Assembly (NCBI GenBank): GCA_051867925.1
Contig: JBJDZI010000094.1
Location: 48,092 to 112,091, forward strand
Direction of reading: 5' to 3'
Length of the DNA stretch: 64,000 nucleotides
From: Eubacteriales bacterium
Lineage (GTDB): Bacteria; Bacillota; Clostridia; Oscillospirales; CAG-272
Positions within the stretch are counted from its first letter, which is position 1. Every line of letters begins with the position of its first letter. The notes under the pieces are model-generated. The model searched no databases. It was not told the DNA's origin and saw only the letters and a list, made by a program, of their open reading frames with translations. Positions 9,108 through 16,858 of the stretch are shown one piece after another. The position numbers were made by a program, and so were the translations under genes.

Positions 9108-9245
9108 CTAAATTTATAGTTTATCGACAGACTGAGCCCGGCAAGAATTTGCCGCCCATTTTGATAAAAGATCTTGGAGGCGCAGGGAACCTCTTTCAAG
9201 AAGGTTTCTGCCGAGGCTTGGGGTAAAACCCCGATTTGATTAAAA

Positions 9246-10610
9246 TCAATTCTTCAAACTGTGGATAGGAGCGGGGATTCTGCCGCCGCGGTGGATGAAG
9301 CGTGCGGGAGAGTCGGTGGAGACGGGCATAATGGGAGCCTCGCCCAAAAGTCCGCCAAACTGCACACAGTCGCCCACTTTTTTGCCGTAAGCGGGGATGA
9401 TGCGGACAGCGGTGGTCTTGGTGTTCACCACGCCGATGGAGATTTCGTCAGCAATGATGCCGCAGATCACGTCAGAAGAGGTGTCACCGGGAACGGCGAT
9501 CATATCCAGACCAACCGAGCAAACGGCGGTCATGGCTTCCAACTTCTGCAAGGTCAGCCCACCCGATGCGGCGGCGGCGATCATACCCTCGTCTTCGGAC
9601 ACGGGAATAAACGCGCCCGAAAGTCCGCCGACATGGGAGGATGCCATTACGCCGCCCTTCTTGACGGCATCGTTGAGCAGAGCCAGACAAGCGGTGGTAC
9701 CCCAACCGCCGCAACGCTCCAGACCCATTTCTTCCAGAATACGGGCTACGCTGTCGCCGATGGCAGGAGTGGGAGCCAAAGAAAGGTCGATGATGCCAAA
9801 AGGAACGCCCAGACGGTCAGCCGCCTCGCGGGCAACGAGCTGTCCTACGCGGGTGATCTTGAAAGCGGTCTTCTTCACCACTTCAGCCAGTTCAGACAGA
9901 TTGCAGTCCCCTGCCCGCTTGATAGCGGATGCCACTACGCCGGGACCCGATACGCCCACATTGATGACGGTCTCAGGCTCGCCCATGCCGCAGAATGCAC
10001 CTGCCATAAAGGGATTGTCCTCGGGAGCGTTTGCAAAAACCACGAACTTTGCACAACCGATGGAATCGCTATCCTTGGTGCGAACTGCAAGTTCTTTGAT
10101 AATATCGCCGCATCGGATGATAGCATCCATATTGATGCCCGCCTTGGTGGAGGCTACATTCACCGAAGAGCAAAGACGGTTGGTCTCGGTCAGCGCTTCG
10201 GGGATGGAGTCCAGCAGAGCAGACGCGCCGCGGGTCATCCCCTTCTGCACCAGCGCGCCGTAACCACCGATGAAGTTGACGCCCAGCGTCTCTGCCGCAC
10301 GGTCGAGGGTCTTGGCGATCTTCACATAGCCGTCGGGGGTGGAAGTGCCGCCGATCAGCGAGATGGGAGTCAAAGAGATCCGCTTGTGAATGATCGGGAT
10401 ACCGTAGGTTTTCTCCAGTTCTTCACCGGTCTTCACCAGATTCGCCGCGGTGCGGGTGATCTTGTCATAGATCTTATCGCAAAGCCGCGCATTGTCTTCG
10501 CTGACGCAGTCGAAGAGGGAGATACCCATGGTAATGGTGCGGATGTCCAGATTTTCGTTCCGGATCATGTGAATGGTTTCGAGGATGTCCTCGTTACGGT
10601 ACATTTGCAT
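9246..10610 (-). CDS. UPF0210 (DUF711, PFL-like fold) family protein
   Basis: 454 aa. Near-colinear with the conserved UPF0210 family: [77 protein letters not shown]. Confidence 0.9.
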   Translation of the reverse strand: MQMYRNEDILETIHMIRNENLDIRTITMGISLFDCVSEDNARLCDKIYDKITRTAANLVKTGEELEKTYGIPIIHKRISLTPISLIGGTSTPDGYVKIAKTLDRAAETLGVNFIGGYGALVQKGMTRGASALLDSIPEALTETNRLCSSVNVASTKAGINMDAIIRCGDIIKELAVRTKDSDSIGCAKFVVFANAPEDNPFMAGAFCGMGEPETVINVGVSGPGVVASAIKRAGDCNLSELAEVVKKTAFKITRVGQLVAREAADRLGVPFGIIDLSLAPTPAIGDSVARILEEMGLERCGGWGTTACLALLNDAVKKGGVMASSHVGGLSGAFIPVSEDEGMIAAAASGGLTLQKLEAMTAVCSVGLDMIAVPGDTSSDVICGIIADEISIGVVNTKTTAVRIIPAYGKKVGDCVQFGGLLGEAPIMPVSTDSPARFIHRGGRIPAPIHSLKN

Positions 10611-10628
10611 GACAAACTCGTCCTCCGC

Positions 10629-10898
10629 TCAGATTTTGTGCATGGAATTGAAGATGTCTTCGTGCATTGCCTGAATCTCCAGATTGCACTCTTTGCCCAT
10701 CTGCTTCATCAAATCTGCAAATTCGGTAAAGCCAATGCTAAGACCGTCAATGTCGGCGATCATGATCATGGCGAAATAGTCCTGCAGGACGCTCTGGGAA
10801 ATGTCAACGATGTTGATTCCGTACTTTGCGCACTCGGTGCTGACTTTGGCTACGATGCCCACGCCGTCCTTGCCGGTCACTGTAATAACTGCTTGCAT
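10629..10898 (-). CDS. ACT domain protein (UPF0237), usual partner of UPF0210
   Basis: Track ORF is 10629..10985. I trim it to ATG at 10898 (MQAVITVTGKDGVGIVAKVS...) because GGAGGA lies 8 nt upstream and the longer form overlaps the promoter. Confidence 0.85.
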   Translation of the reverse strand: MQAVITVTGKDGVGIVAKVSTECAKYGINIVDISQSVLQDYFAMIMIADIDGLSIGFTEFADLMKQMGKECNLEIQAMHEDIFNSMHKI

Positions 10899-10994
10899 AG
10901 GGATATCCTCCGAAATAGATTCTGCCGATCTCACGGACATCTCAGATGACCAATGTACGGACAGAAGAATAGTATGTTTTCGCATTACGGCATC

Positions 10995-11023
10995 ATTATA
11001 CCACAGTCCCCCTCTTTTTGCAA
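10995..11023 (-). promoter_or_regulatory. Sigma-70-type promoter for the ACT/UPF0210 operon
   Basis: Minus strand reads TTGCAA (11023-11018), 17-nt spacer, TGg-TATAAT (11000-10995). The -35 sits in the loop of a CCCCCTCTT/AAGAGGGGG hairpin. Confidence 0.6.
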
Positions 11024-11141
11024 GAGGGGGCAGTTGCGTTTTTTATTGATTTTATCCTCTATTTTCGGCAAAGAAACCATCGGGGTAAAATCGCTACGGA
11101 AATTCTTTCTTGATTTTCAATCTGTTTTCCGCGAAAATCTA

Positions 11142-11170
11142 TTGACATTCCCACTGTACTGTGCTATAAT
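11142..11170 (+). promoter_or_regulatory. Sigma-70-type promoter for the CNNM/CorC gene pair
   Basis: TTGACA (11142-11147), 17 nt, TGc-TATAAT (11165-11170). Leaves a ~115-nt leader. Confidence 0.65.
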
Positions 11171-11290
11171 GGAATTTGTATATACTGGTGTAGTTATACA
11201 GTTCACCGCAGAATTTTCTGCACCGGCAGTCCCGTCCTTTCCTTCTCTTTTCCAATCTGCCGCCGCCCCCAATCCCCGAAGGAGTGATTT

Positions 11291-12328
11291 TTGTCTATGG
11301 GCAATCCTGCCCGATGTATTTCCATCTGCATCCTGATTTTGTTCAGTGCGCTCTTTTCTGCCACTGAAACCGCGTTTTCTTACTGCAACAAGATCCGCAT
11401 CCGCCAGCTTTCGGAGGCAGGCAACAAGCGTGCCCGCCGCGCCGAAAAGATTCTCGACCGCTATGACGATGCCATCGTCGCCATTCTGGTGGGCAACAAT
11501 GTGGTCAACACGCTGATCGCCTCTATCGCCACCTTCCTGTTCATTGACCTGTGCCAAGGGGACGAGAGCCTCGGTTCTTTCTTGTCCACCGTGGTCATCA
11601 CGCTGATTGTCTTTATTTTCGGTGAAACCGTGCCGAAAAGCATCGCCAAAGTCAATTGCGACAGTTATACGATGGCAAGCGCGCGTATCTTTTCGATCTA
11701 TATGAAGTTGGTATTCCCCCTCACCTTCGTGTTTACCCGTTTCACCAATTTTCTCAAGAAAAAGATCTCCAAGGAAGATCCCTCCGCTCTGACCGACGAT
11801 GACTTTGTGGACATCGTGGAAAGCGGCGAGGAAGAAGGAATTTTAGAGCCCGAGGAGAGCGAGATCATCCGCTCTGCCGTGGAATTTTCCGATCTGACCG
11901 TGGAAACCGTCTATAAACCCATCGAGGACGTGGTATCGGTGTCCCTGTCTGCGGATCCCGAGGTGCTTCGTCAGGAACTTCTGGACGCGCACTATTCCCG
12001 TGTCCCCGTTCGCAAAGCGGACGGCGTGGGATACATGGGATTTTTGCGCTCCCGCGAGTATCTGCTGGCGGCACTCAGAGACGATCCCAAAGCATCCGAT
12101 CCCAAGAAATTCGTCTCCTCTGCGGTCTACGTCACCACCGCCACCCTGCTCTCTACCGCTTTTGAAGAAATGTGCCGCAAGAAGTGCCACATGGTCTTCG
12201 TCCGCTCGGTAGAGGATAAAAGCGTGCTGGGCATCCTGACTCTGGAGGACGTGCTGGAGGAGATCGTCGGCGACATCTACGACGAGTCCGACCGCGTTTT
12301 GGGCGGCGGAGAGGAGGTCAAGGTATGA
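11291..12328 (+). CDS. CNNM/DUF21 + CBS-pair membrane protein (HlyC/CorC family, lacks the C-terminal CorC_HlyC domain)
   Basis: 345 aa. DUF21 N-terminus SALFSATETAFSYCNKIRIRQL, VGNNVVN, FGETVPK, then CBS pair. TTG 11291 or ATG 11297 as start, after GGAG at 11281. Confidence 0.85.
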   Translation: MSMGNPARCISICILILFSALFSATETAFSYCNKIRIRQLSEAGNKRARRAEKILDRYDDAIVAILVGNNVVNTLIASIATFLFIDLCQGDESLGSFLSTVVITLIVFIFGETVPKSIAKVNCDSYTMASARIFSIYMKLVFPLTFVFTRFTNFLKKKISKEDPSALTDDDFVDIVESGEEEGILEPEESEIIRSAVEFSDLTVETVYKPIEDVVSVSLSADPEVLRQELLDAHYSRVPVRKADGVGYMGFLRSREYLLAALRDDPKASDPKKFVSSAVYVTTATLLSTAFEEMCRKKCHMVFVRSVEDKSVLGILTLEDVLEEIVGDIYDESDRVLGGGEEVKV

Positions 12329-13608
12329 TCGTGACCATCCTGATCATGTGCGCCGCCATCCTGCTCCTGCTGGTCTGCTCCGCATTTTTTGCAGGCACAG
12401 AATCGGCGTTTGCCTGCTGCAACAAACTGCGTCTGAGATCTGCCGCCGAAAAGGGCGATCGCCGCGCAAAAATCGCGGAATACATCCTGGATCACTTCGG
12501 TGTATCCATTTCCACCATTCTGCTTTCCAATAACTTGGTCAACATTCTGACCTCTACGCTTGGTACATTGATCGCCGCCATGCTGATCGCCAGCGAATCG
12601 CTGGCACAGACCGCCGCCACGGTAGTCATCACCCTGCTGATTTTGATCTGCGGCGAGATCCTGCCTAAGATCATCGCGGCGCAGTTTGCCGACCGATTGG
12701 TGCTGAAGACTGCTCCCATCCTGCGGATCGTGATGAAGATCTTCTACCCCATCGTCTTCGTGGTAGACTTCGTCCTTTCCAAACTCTCCCCGCTTTGGAC
12801 GCCAAAAGAAGAAGCACCCACCGTCACCCAGGAAGAACTGGTGACCATCGTGGACGAGATGGAGGAAAGCGGCAACTTCACCGAGGAAGAGGGTGATCTG
12901 GTTCGCGCTTCCATCGAATTTGCCGATCTGACCGCCAAGGATATTCTGACGCCCCGCGTAGACACCCTTGCCTTTGACATCGAGGACAGTCCCGCCGCTC
13001 TGCTTTCCAATCGGGATCTGCTGGAATTCTCCCGCTTCCCCGTGTACGAGGAAAGCCTCGACCACGTAATCGGCATCCTGTCCACCCAGCGCTTCGTGGA
13101 AACCTGCTACGAAGTGGGCGTGGAGAGAGTCGATATCAGAAAACTGATGACTCCCCCCGTGTATGTCCACATGACCCGCGCCATCGCCTCCATTTTGGAG
13201 GAAATGCGGGAAAAGCACTGCGAAATGGTAGTGGTGCTGGACGAATTCGGCGGCACGATGGGCATTCTGACAGTGGAAGACATCGTCGAGGAGATTGTCG
13301 GCGACATCTTCGACGAGACCGACGCCTTCGAAAGCGATTTCGTCAAACGCATCGACGGCTATGACGTTGACGGTTCCATGAACCTTCACGATTTCTTCGA
13401 TCTGATCGGGCTGGACGACAGCACCCAGGAGAGCGAGTACACCACCGCCGGTGGCTGGGCTACCGAGATGCTGGATAAGCTCCCCGAAGAGGGCGACCGA
13501 TTCGAGTTTGAAAACTATACCGTGACCGTCCTCAAGGTCGACGCCATGCGCGTGGAACGGCTTCTCGTTCATGTGCATCCCAAGAATGAAGAAGAGGAAG
13601 ACGAATAA
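12325..13608 (+). CDS. CNNM/DUF21 + CBS + CorC_HlyC transporter-associated protein (hemolysin/CorC family)
   Basis: 427 aa. FFAGTESAFACCNKLRLR, LSNNLVN, CGEILPK, CBS pair, C-terminal DGSMNLHDFFDL..YTTAGGW. ATGA start/stop overlap with the upstream paralogue. Confidence 0.88.
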   Translation: MIVTILIMCAAILLLLVCSAFFAGTESAFACCNKLRLRSAAEKGDRRAKIAEYILDHFGVSISTILLSNNLVNILTSTLGTLIAAMLIASESLAQTAATVVITLLILICGEILPKIIAAQFADRLVLKTAPILRIVMKIFYPIVFVVDFVLSKLSPLWTPKEEAPTVTQEELVTIVDEMEESGNFTEEEGDLVRASIEFADLTAKDILTPRVDTLAFDIEDSPAALLSNRDLLEFSRFPVYEESLDHVIGILSTQRFVETCYEVGVERVDIRKLMTPPVYVHMTRAIASILEEMREKHCEMVVVLDEFGGTMGILTVEDIVEEIVGDIFDETDAFESDFVKRIDGYDVDGSMNLHDFFDLIGLDDSTQESEYTTAGGWATEMLDKLPEEGDRFEFENYTVTVLKVDAMRVERLLVHVHPKNEEEEDE

Positions 13609-13612
13609 ACTG

Positions 13613-13643
13613 CCACCACTCCGCAAGGAGTGGTGGTTTTTGT
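13613..13643 (+). terminator. Rho-independent terminator
   Basis: CCACCACTCC-GCAA-GGAGTGGTGG followed by TTTTTGTT, 5 nt after the stop codon. Confidence 0.7.
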
Positions 13644-13706
13644 TGCCAAATTGCACAAATCATTCCACAATCAGCTGTTTAATTCGCTGAATTTTCGGCA
13701 CCGCTA

Positions 13707-13735
13707 TTGACAAAATTTGGTTTCTGTGCTATACT
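13707..13735 (+). promoter_or_regulatory. Sigma-70-type promoter of the low-GC cassette
   Basis: TTGACA (13707-13712), 17 nt, TGc-TATACT (13730-13735). Confidence 0.65.
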
Positions 13736-13851
13736 GAATACGAATAGAAATACTAACTCTATAATCATCAAAAGGAGTGAGTCCGATGGTGCAGCCGGAA
13801 TGAGCATTTTTCCGAGTTTTTGATGTAAAAAGGAGAAAATACAAATGTTTT

Positions 13852-15216
13852 TTGGGGTTCGCCTGTATTTTGATCTGTTCAGTCGGTCTGGCACTGAATG
13901 TCAGCGCAGACACCCTTGAGCAGAATCCCGGCACCCACGAAATCGCTATGGAAGCTGAAGTATCCGCTACTTCTGAGGTAACCATCACCCCGTCTGACGA
14001 TTTCGTTCTGATTGGCGAGAGTGTTCAATACAGTTGTTCAGGTGCTCCCGGCACTGTAACCTGGCAGATTCGTGACACCAATATTGCCACCGTCAATGGC
14101 ACCGGATTGGTCACAGGCGTTTCCCAAGGGCAGACCTATCTGACTGCGATGTGGGACGGCGGATCGCTCTCGGTCACCATCAAGGTAGGTGCTCTGAAAG
14201 AAGGCACTTATTATATTGGAAATAAGGGCTCAACGTTATACATGGATCTCGAAGGTGCAGCTTCTACCGACGGTACACCAATTCAGCAATGGCAATTCCA
14301 TGGCGGCATTCAAAGCAGATGGATTATTGCTATGGAAAGTACGGGCTTTTATTCCATCCGCTGTGCGTACACAGGAAAATACATCGGCGTAGAGAATTCC
14401 TCCACCGGCAGTAACGCGGCAATTCTGCAGTACAGTTCCATTGCCAATCAAAGAGGACGGCAATGGTATATTTCGGTCACTTCAAGCGGCGCATACCGAT
14501 TCACGCCGCGATCAGCAAGCAATATGGCATTGGCAGTTCCCCTCTCCGGCACCTTTGATAATGGAACCGATCTCGTACAGCTTGTATACACTGATAACAC
14601 CAACTATCGGGATGAGTGGGTAGTGATTGAAAATGGGATAACGACCTTTCTCGCGATTCCTGATACCGGGCACGATCACCAAGCCTCTTTCCCTTCTGCT
14701 ATCACTTCTGTCAACGCTATGGGATACGGTGAAAACCACATCTACACCAGCGCAAATACAAATTCCTGCATAGAGATGATTGCATCGTCTGATATTTTCT
14801 ACAGCAGATCGCACGGTGCTCAAACGCATATATCCCTTGCGACCGGTTCGTTTGGTGTACGGAACCTAAATAGCCAAGTCCCGAACGACAAATTTTCGAA
14901 ATGCAAGTTGGTTCTATTTGGTGCCTGTTCCACAGGTCAGGGACGCGCACTCGAGGAGAACTTAGTCAACGCAGTTCAAGCCAAAGGTGCAAAGACCGTG
15001 ATCGGTTTTGAATCCACCGTAAATTGTAGCGAAATGAACGACTGGGCAAAAGCCTTTTTCGCTGCTTTAGCGCAAAAAGATACTGTTAGAGCAGCCTGCA
15101 GAGCGGCTGATGCAGTCATTTCGGAAGAATATCCCAGCACTACAACCGTTGGGTATTGGTATATTGCCGGTATCCAAACCCAAATCATACATCTTGATAC
15201 CATAGGAGGTAACTGA
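13852..15216 (+). CDS. Secreted multidomain protein: Big_2 Ig-like domain + ricin-type beta-trefoil lectin + C-terminal CHAT/caspase-like (clan CD) peptidase-like domain
   Basis: 454 aa from TTG 13852 (start is problematic, see findings). Hydrophobic leader ..LALNVSA|D. Big_2-like VTITPSD..VTGVSQGQTYLTA (about 13978-14187). Three QxW-type repeats QQWQF / RQWYI / DEWVV (about 14203-14628). SRSHG (His codon 14812-14814) and LVLFGACSTGQG (Cys codon 14926-14928), followed by AKGAKTVIGF..FFAALA. Confidence 0.75.
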   Translation: MGFACILICSVGLALNVSADTLEQNPGTHEIAMEAEVSATSEVTITPSDDFVLIGESVQYSCSGAPGTVTWQIRDTNIATVNGTGLVTGVSQGQTYLTAMWDGGSLSVTIKVGALKEGTYYIGNKGSTLYMDLEGAASTDGTPIQQWQFHGGIQSRWIIAMESTGFYSIRCAYTGKYIGVENSSTGSNAAILQYSSIANQRGRQWYISVTSSGAYRFTPRSASNMALAVPLSGTFDNGTDLVQLVYTDNTNYRDEWVVIENGITTFLAIPDTGHDHQASFPSAITSVNAMGYGENHIYTSANTNSCIEMIASSDIFYSRSHGAQTHISLATGSFGVRNLNSQVPNDKFSKCKLVLFGACSTGQGRALEENLVNAVQAKGAKTVIGFESTVNCSEMNDWAKAFFAALAQKDTVRAACRAADAVISEEYPSTTTVGYWYIAGIQTQIIHLDTIGGN

Positions 15217-15217
15217 T

Positions 15218-16183
15218 ATGAAGTCCACCACTCGTTTTTTCAGTATTCTGTTTGCAGCATTGTTCTGCCTGACTGCTTGCGCCGGTCAAACTGATGTCAA
15301 TGACCGTCCCGAGCCCATCACATTAACTGCCGATTCCTTCTCTGCCATGCATCTTTCAGCAAGTGATGCGAACATTCTCAACGATCAAGCAGTCATCCGT
15401 TCGCAAAATACCAATCCATTCGTTGATGCAAACGCAAACACGCAAGCCGATCTGTCTCTGAAAAACAATCCCATCACCGTAGCATACAAAGAGACGCTCA
15501 TGGATGCATACGGAAATCAAATCAACCATTATCAGTCGACAGATGGGAAAATTAAAGCCAAATATGATAAAGAGAATGGAAAATTGGTTCAAATAACGGC
15601 TACCAAAAGCGACTTCCAAATGCCGGATGATCTGCAAACCGAAGAAGATTATCTGACCTTTGTCAAAGAGGTGTTGAAGGATTACGGCGTCACCGATCTG
15701 TCGGGCTACCAATACTCGTGCAAAACCGGTCTTTGTGTATTCGGAGAGAATTACGCATATGGAGATTCCAAGGACTATTTTTATCGGGATTTCGATCCTT
15801 CCTGCGAGGAACTCTCCTATTACGAGTTTTGTTTCGATAAGATCATCGACGGCTATCATACGTCTGATTCTATTCAGATCTATATCGCCATTGACCCCAT
15901 AGATATAATGTTTATCAGATTTGACGCCGGAAAGTTTGAAAACGTAACCAAAATCGAACTGAACGAATCCAAAATGCTTGAAACATTGGACGAGTATGTG
16001 AAGGGAGTCGTGAATACGGCAAAATACGAGTTTCTGTCGTATGAAGTCAGCAATCAGACTCTGACCTATGTTGACGGCAAACTCTGTAACGTATATACTG
16101 TGGAATTGAACATGAAGCATGTGACCGATCCCGACACACAATCGTTCTGTACGCTGGAGACTATCGGCATATTCTGTGAATAA
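15218..16183 (+). CDS. Lipoprotein of unknown function, translationally coupled to the lectin-protease gene
   Basis: 321 aa. MKSTTRFFSILFAALFCLTACAGQ (lipobox LTAC). ATG lies 1 nt after the upstream TGA. Same lower-GC composition. Confidence 0.75.
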   Translation: MKSTTRFFSILFAALFCLTACAGQTDVNDRPEPITLTADSFSAMHLSASDANILNDQAVIRSQNTNPFVDANANTQADLSLKNNPITVAYKETLMDAYGNQINHYQSTDGKIKAKYDKENGKLVQITATKSDFQMPDDLQTEEDYLTFVKEVLKDYGVTDLSGYQYSCKTGLCVFGENYAYGDSKDYFYRDFDPSCEELSYYEFCFDKIIDGYHTSDSIQIYIAIDPIDIMFIRFDAGKFENVTKIELNESKMLETLDEYVKGVVNTAKYEFLSYEVSNQTLTYVDGKLCNVYTVELNMKHVTDPDTQSFCTLETIGIFCE

Positions 16184-16213
16184 TTGCATAAATCAAATGA
16201 GCTTGATACAAAG

Positions 16214-16311
16214 CTCCAACCAAGCGCAAGGGCGGCAAGAATTTGTCGCCCTTGTACAATTGTTTATAGAGTTCCGCGCACTTTTTTAAAAAAGTGCCTG
16301 ATTGGTTGGAG
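16214..16311. terminator. Nested inverted repeats between convergent genes (probable bidirectional terminator structure)
   Basis: Outer 10-bp arms CTCCAACCAA (16214-16223) / TTGGTTGGAG (16302-16311). Inner hairpins CAAGGGCGGCAA-GAAT-TTGTCGCCCTTG (16227-16254) and GCACTTTTTT/AAAAAAGTGC (about 16277-16298). The latter spans the PPTase stop codon. Confidence 0.5.
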
Positions 16312-16858
16312 TCTCAAAACGATTGAGTTCAATCTCGGACACAAAGCGAGGCGGCAGAGAAACCGCTTCTCCTACTGCGGTCAGCAGATAGCCGGGAATG
16401 AGGCGCAGAGTGCAAAACGCATCTGCGGGCGGCATGACATGGGGCGCGTGTCCCGCACATTTGAGCGCCGCCTCGTATCGCGTCCACCGAAGGATGGCAG
16501 TATAGCCGTCGCCCACAGGCTCGTCGGGAGTCTCTGCCAAAAACCGTCGCCACAATGCAGGGGACACCGAGCGGATGCGCTCCAAATCTATCCCGATCGT
16601 CACGCCTGAAGCATCCGAGAGCGCGCAGACCGCCCAGCTTCCCGAATGGGAGAGGGAGCATTCCATCCCCACAGGAGTTCCGTCGGCAAAGGTCAGATAG
16701 GGCTTTCCTTCCGGAGTGCGGCAGAGCAGAACGGAGACAGGAGCGATCCCCGCATCCGCCAATGCCCTTGAGAGCAGACGGTGGACGCCCCGGGACAGCA
16801 AACGCCGCCGCTCTGCGGGCGTGTCGGGAAGGGTCAGACGGGTCAGATAGAGCCTCAC
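16286..16858 (-). CDS. 4'-phosphopantetheinyl transferase (Sfp type)
   Basis: Track ORF 16286..17188 trimmed to GTG 16858 (MRLYLTRLTL...), which forms a GTGA overlap with the upstream stop. Motifs: GKPYL, CSLSHSGSWAVCALS, IGIDLERIR, WTRYEAALKC. Confidence 0.75.
   Translation of the reverse strand: MRLYLTRLTLPDTPAERRRLLSRGVHRLLSRALADAGIAPVSVLLCRTPEGKPYLTFADGTPVGMECSLSHSGSWAVCALSDASGVTIGIDLERIRSVSPALWRRFLAETPDEPVGDGYTAILRWTRYEAALKCAGHAPHVMPPADAFCTLRLIPGYLLTAVGEAVSLPPRFVSEIELNRFETPTNQALF

Noticed and set aside
9261-10949. Other long antisense ORFs (also e.g. 622..1641, 1662..2852, 2849..4417, 5340..6401, 6415..7482, 12277..13656, 24367..25554, 34495..36162, 37026..38033, 38318..39892, 41814..43616, 56407..58509, 59153..60550, 60575..61744)
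   Set aside because: Each lies opposite a gene with clear family motifs. The translations are Arg/Gly/His-rich with no recognisable domains, starts or SD sites.
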